From Octopus bimaculoides (taxonomy: Eukaryota): a DNA stretch of 36,275 bases. A model generated the notes under the pieces. It was not told where the DNA came from and did no database searches. It saw only the letters and a list, made by a program, of their open reading frames with translations. The stretch spans positions 68,792,740 through 68,829,014 of the forward strand of contig NC_068983.1 of the NCBI RefSeq assembly GCF_001194135.2. Direction: 5' to 3'. Numbering within the stretch: position 1 is the first letter of the stretch; the number at the start of each line of letters is the position of its first letter. Of this stretch, positions 33,340 to 36,275 are shown one piece after another. Made by a program: the position numbers and the translations under genes.

Positions 33340-33516
33340 TGACCACTACATTTATTTTTTTCTTTCCTTGTTTCTCTCCTTGTTTCTTTCTGTGTTCCTT
33401 TCAGTTGAAGAGCGTAGGCTCGAAACGACAAAGACTTTCTCTATTCCCGAGCGTTAAACTAATACATCCATTTGTTGTTTATAGTCTTCGTCTGTTGTTT
33501 TTTCGTAAATTCTCCC
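33340..33516 (+). mobile_element. Repeat family P copy 3 (decayed hammerhead motif at 33398-33435)
   Basis: CTTT-CAGTTGA-A-GAGC-GTAG-GCTC-GAAA-CG-AC-AAAGAC, then TTCCCGAGCGTTAAACTAATACA, ending in (TA)n. Confidence 0.8.
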
Positions 33517-33547
<31 letters not shown>

Positions 33548-33674
33548 CATGCATATATACATACATACATACATACATACATACATACATACATACATAC
33601 ATGCATGCATACATGTGTGTGTATGTGTATACCTGTAAATCTGTACATTCACACAATCATTATTCACCCTTAAT

Positions 33675-33825
33675 CTTTTACTCGTTTTAGGCATTGGACT
33701 GTGGTCATGCTAGCGTATCACCTTGAAGGGTTGAGTTAGACAGGTCGACCCCATTGCTTATTTTTTAAGTCAGGCACACATTCTATTGGTCTCGTTTGCG
33801 GAGCTGCTAAGTTATGGGATCGCCT
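33675..33825 (-). mobile_element. SINE family A 3' module, degenerate
   Basis: ttttactcgttttaggcattggactgtggtcatgct ... gtcgacccca ... ttctattggtctc ... gctaagtta. Confidence 0.6.
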
Positions 33826-33885
33826 TGAATCATAGCAATAATCATCGCACCAATAATATTACCAGATGATGGCAATATAATTACT

Positions 33886-34042
33886 ATGCGCAGGCGTGGC
33901 TGTATGGTAAAGAAGCTTGCTTCCCAACCACATGGTTCCGGGTTCAGTCCCACTGCGTGGCACATTGTCTACTAATATAACCTCGGGCCGATCAAAGCCT
34001 TGTGAATGGATTTGATAGACGGAAACCGAGAGAAGGCCATAG

Positions 34043-34095
<53 letters not shown>

Positions 34096-34305
34096 ATATA
34101 TTTCTGTGTCTGTGTTTGGCGCCCCACCATCTCTTGACAACTAATGTTGGTGTGTTTACGTTCCCGTAACTTAGCGATTACGCAAAAGAGACCGATAGAA
34201 TAAGTACTAAATTTACAAAGAATAAGTCCTGGGGTCGATGTCTTCGACTAAAGGCGGTGCTCCAGCATTACCGCAGGCAAATGACTCAAACAAGTAAAAT
34301 AATAA
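33886..34305 (+). mobile_element. SINE family A, full length with internal (TA)n(GT)n
   Basis: Head gcgcaggcgtggctgtatggtaaag ... ggttcagtccc; internal microsatellite about 34043-34100; 3' end ccagcattaccgcaggcaaatgactcaaacaagtaaaa. Confidence 0.9.
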
Positions 34306-34940
34306 GAGAATCGTCTCTAATGTCATAATAGATGATATCGTTCCTATCTACTTTCATGATTAATGTTTTCAAAGTTTACAACTGTAGAATGAAATCGAAG
34401 ACATTCTTTTAAAACATATTTTAGTTAAAAGGGAACGCAGTGTCCATTATCCTTTACTGGTGACAGGGAGGAAGGTATCCTCGAACCAGAAAGTCGCAAA
34501 GAAAGTTACCATCGTGCAAAAATAGTAACAAAGGTGTGAACTCTGCGAAAGGCACCCAAAGTTCTATGTAGTGCTATCAAACCGGCTGACGGATTTGTTA
34601 TGTAGATCTATAAGTTCCAGTTTGAAAATAAGAACTGTATAAAACGTGGAACTGCAACGGGGCCGCGGTAGTTAGCATTACTATAAAGTGACGTCCTGAC
34701 TTCCACTATGAGTAAAATAACTTCTCCACCACCTACTATCTTTAAAAATATAAAGCATATTGAGCAATGTCGTCCTTGATAGTTTGAGTCAGGGTGGCCA
34801 CGATTGGAATACTTTTCATCAAAGGTCTGATCAGTTAGAGTTGACCTGAAGCTAAAAAAGAACATATCCAAAAGTGTGTGAATTATGATTATCTCGACTT
34901 TTTTAAGCAGTTTTATTTAACAGTTTATTACCCAATATGT

Positions 34941-35325
34941 GTGGAGGCGCAATGGCCCAGTGGTTAGGGCAGCGGACTCGCGGTCATAGGATCGAGGTTT
35001 CGATTCCCAGACCGTGCGTTGTGAGTGTTTATTGAGCGAAAACACCTAAAGCTCCACGAGGCTCCGGCAGGGGATGGTGGCGAACCCTGCTATACTCTTT
35101 CACCACGACTTTCTCTCATTCTTTCTTCCTGTTTCTGTTGTACCTCAATTTCAAAGGGCCAGCCTTGTCACACTGTGTCATGCTGAATATCCCCGAGAAC
35201 TACGTTAAGGATACACGTGTCTGTGGAATGCTCAGCCACTTACACGTTAATTTCACAAGCAGGCTATTCCGTTGATCGGCTCAACTGGAACCCTCGACGT
35301 CGTAAGCGACGGAGTACCAACAAAA
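34941..35325 (+). mobile_element. SINE family B, full length with 11-bp TSD
   Basis: TSD ACCCAATATGT at 34930-34940 and 35326-35336; A/B boxes in the head. Confidence 0.95.
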
Positions 35326-35494
35326 ACCCAATATGTACTTTTACTTTTTTTTATTTAGACGATAGTGTGTTATTTGAAGGTAAATTTAGCTACCTTTCTA
35401 GCAAATCCAGCTACAATGTAGTGGTTCTATCGTTTGTTGATATTGATAATGATGAGAGTAAATGTGAAAGTTGTTGTTGCTATTATTGTTTAGC

Positions 35495-35670
35495 ACTAGT
35501 TAACCCTGATTGAGTAGGTCTGGAACCAAAAGCCATTCCACTCATGGCTATCTCGTCTTTTTGCTACGTGTAGAGCATCCAGGACTACTTTACCAGCGTG
35601 TCTTTTATTTTTAAGACAGTGAGGCATGATTTGAAGAGATTTGGTTGATATTTTTAGCGGGTCGATGAAC
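35495..35670 (-). mobile_element. Interspersed repeat family E
   Basis: aaccctgattgagtagg ... aaaagccattcca ... tttaagacagtgaggcatgatttgaagagatttgg. Confidence 0.6.
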
Positions 35671-35894
35671 CGCTTATTCACTCTGTCAATAGGTGGTGGA
35701 ACCAGCGGGTGTGTTTTTTTGTTTCCCTAAACCACAGATGGTACAAGATTGACGGTGGCTTTACTTGAAAAACATGTTAAGAGTAACGGGTGTACAATAA
35801 TACGAAGACACTTTATCTAGTAATCAGAGATACACCGGCGTTTACTGATCTATATAATTGACTTACATTCATACCTGCCTGTGCATCTGTTTTT

Positions 35895-36275
35895 TGTTTG
35901 TTTGCATGTATGCATGCGTAACGGTGAATGAGCCAATATCATAGTTGTGAATGAATGTATGCCTGTTGGTATATGCATGTGTGAGTGCGTGCGTGTGTGT
36001 GCGTGTGTGTGCGTGTGTTTGTGTATGTGTGTGTGTGTGCGTGTGTGTGTGTGTGTGTGCGTGTGTGCGTGTGCGTGCGTTTGTGTGTGTGTATGTGTGT
36101 GTGCGTGTGCAGGAGTATTAGTGGATGTGTGTGTGTATTTCTGTGCATGTAATTGGACTTATATGTATCAATGTTGGCGATTCGTATATCTAATTACTTA
36201 TGTGTGCGTTTATATACTTGAGTGTATATTGAAAATACATAAAAAACACACAACCACACATTCACACACACACAT
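35895..36275. repeat. (GT/GC)-rich compound microsatellite
   Basis: Direct reading. Confidence 0.9.

Noticed and set aside
1055-33700. Long ORFs containing X runs or HT/YI/VC/LS dipeptide repeats
   Set aside because: Artefacts of N gaps and dinucleotide/tetranucleotide microsatellites; no codon complexity or domains.
34608-34871. Minus-strand ORF with acceptor-like tttttagcttcag
   Set aside because: The start of the putative exon matches a family E repeat remnant (ggtcaactctaactgatcagacctttgat).
34941-35015. tRNA gene (also 13610-13681, 23490-23543 and family A heads)
   Set aside because: A/B boxes continue into SINE bodies bounded by TSDs; these are SINE heads, not tRNAs.

Overview
Repeat-dense eukaryotic (animal) genomic DNA, about 10% N gaps (1236-1392, 5283-6163, 7958-8454, 9524-9545, 15693-15902, 19426-19795, 24531-24798, 27999-28998, 31923-32196, 32842-32851). 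The tRNA-derived SINE families and compound CA/TA/GT microsatellites look like an Octopus genome; this is recognition from memory, not a database result. No intact protein-coding gene, rRNA, tRNA or CRISPR array is supported. The window holds several SINE families (labelled A-F here, some with clear target-site duplications), decayed Tc1/mariner transposases of different lineages, LINE relics, micro/minisatellites and a few weak candidate exons. The best hidden signal is a set of minimal type I hammerhead ribozyme motifs in non-coding, Penelope-like/retrozyme-like repeats. One has a canonical core and lies inside an 82-bp fold-back element (4824-5169). Three copies of a second family carry a variant core (CUGU[U/G]GA) at 6195-6234, 32481-32518 and 33398-33435.
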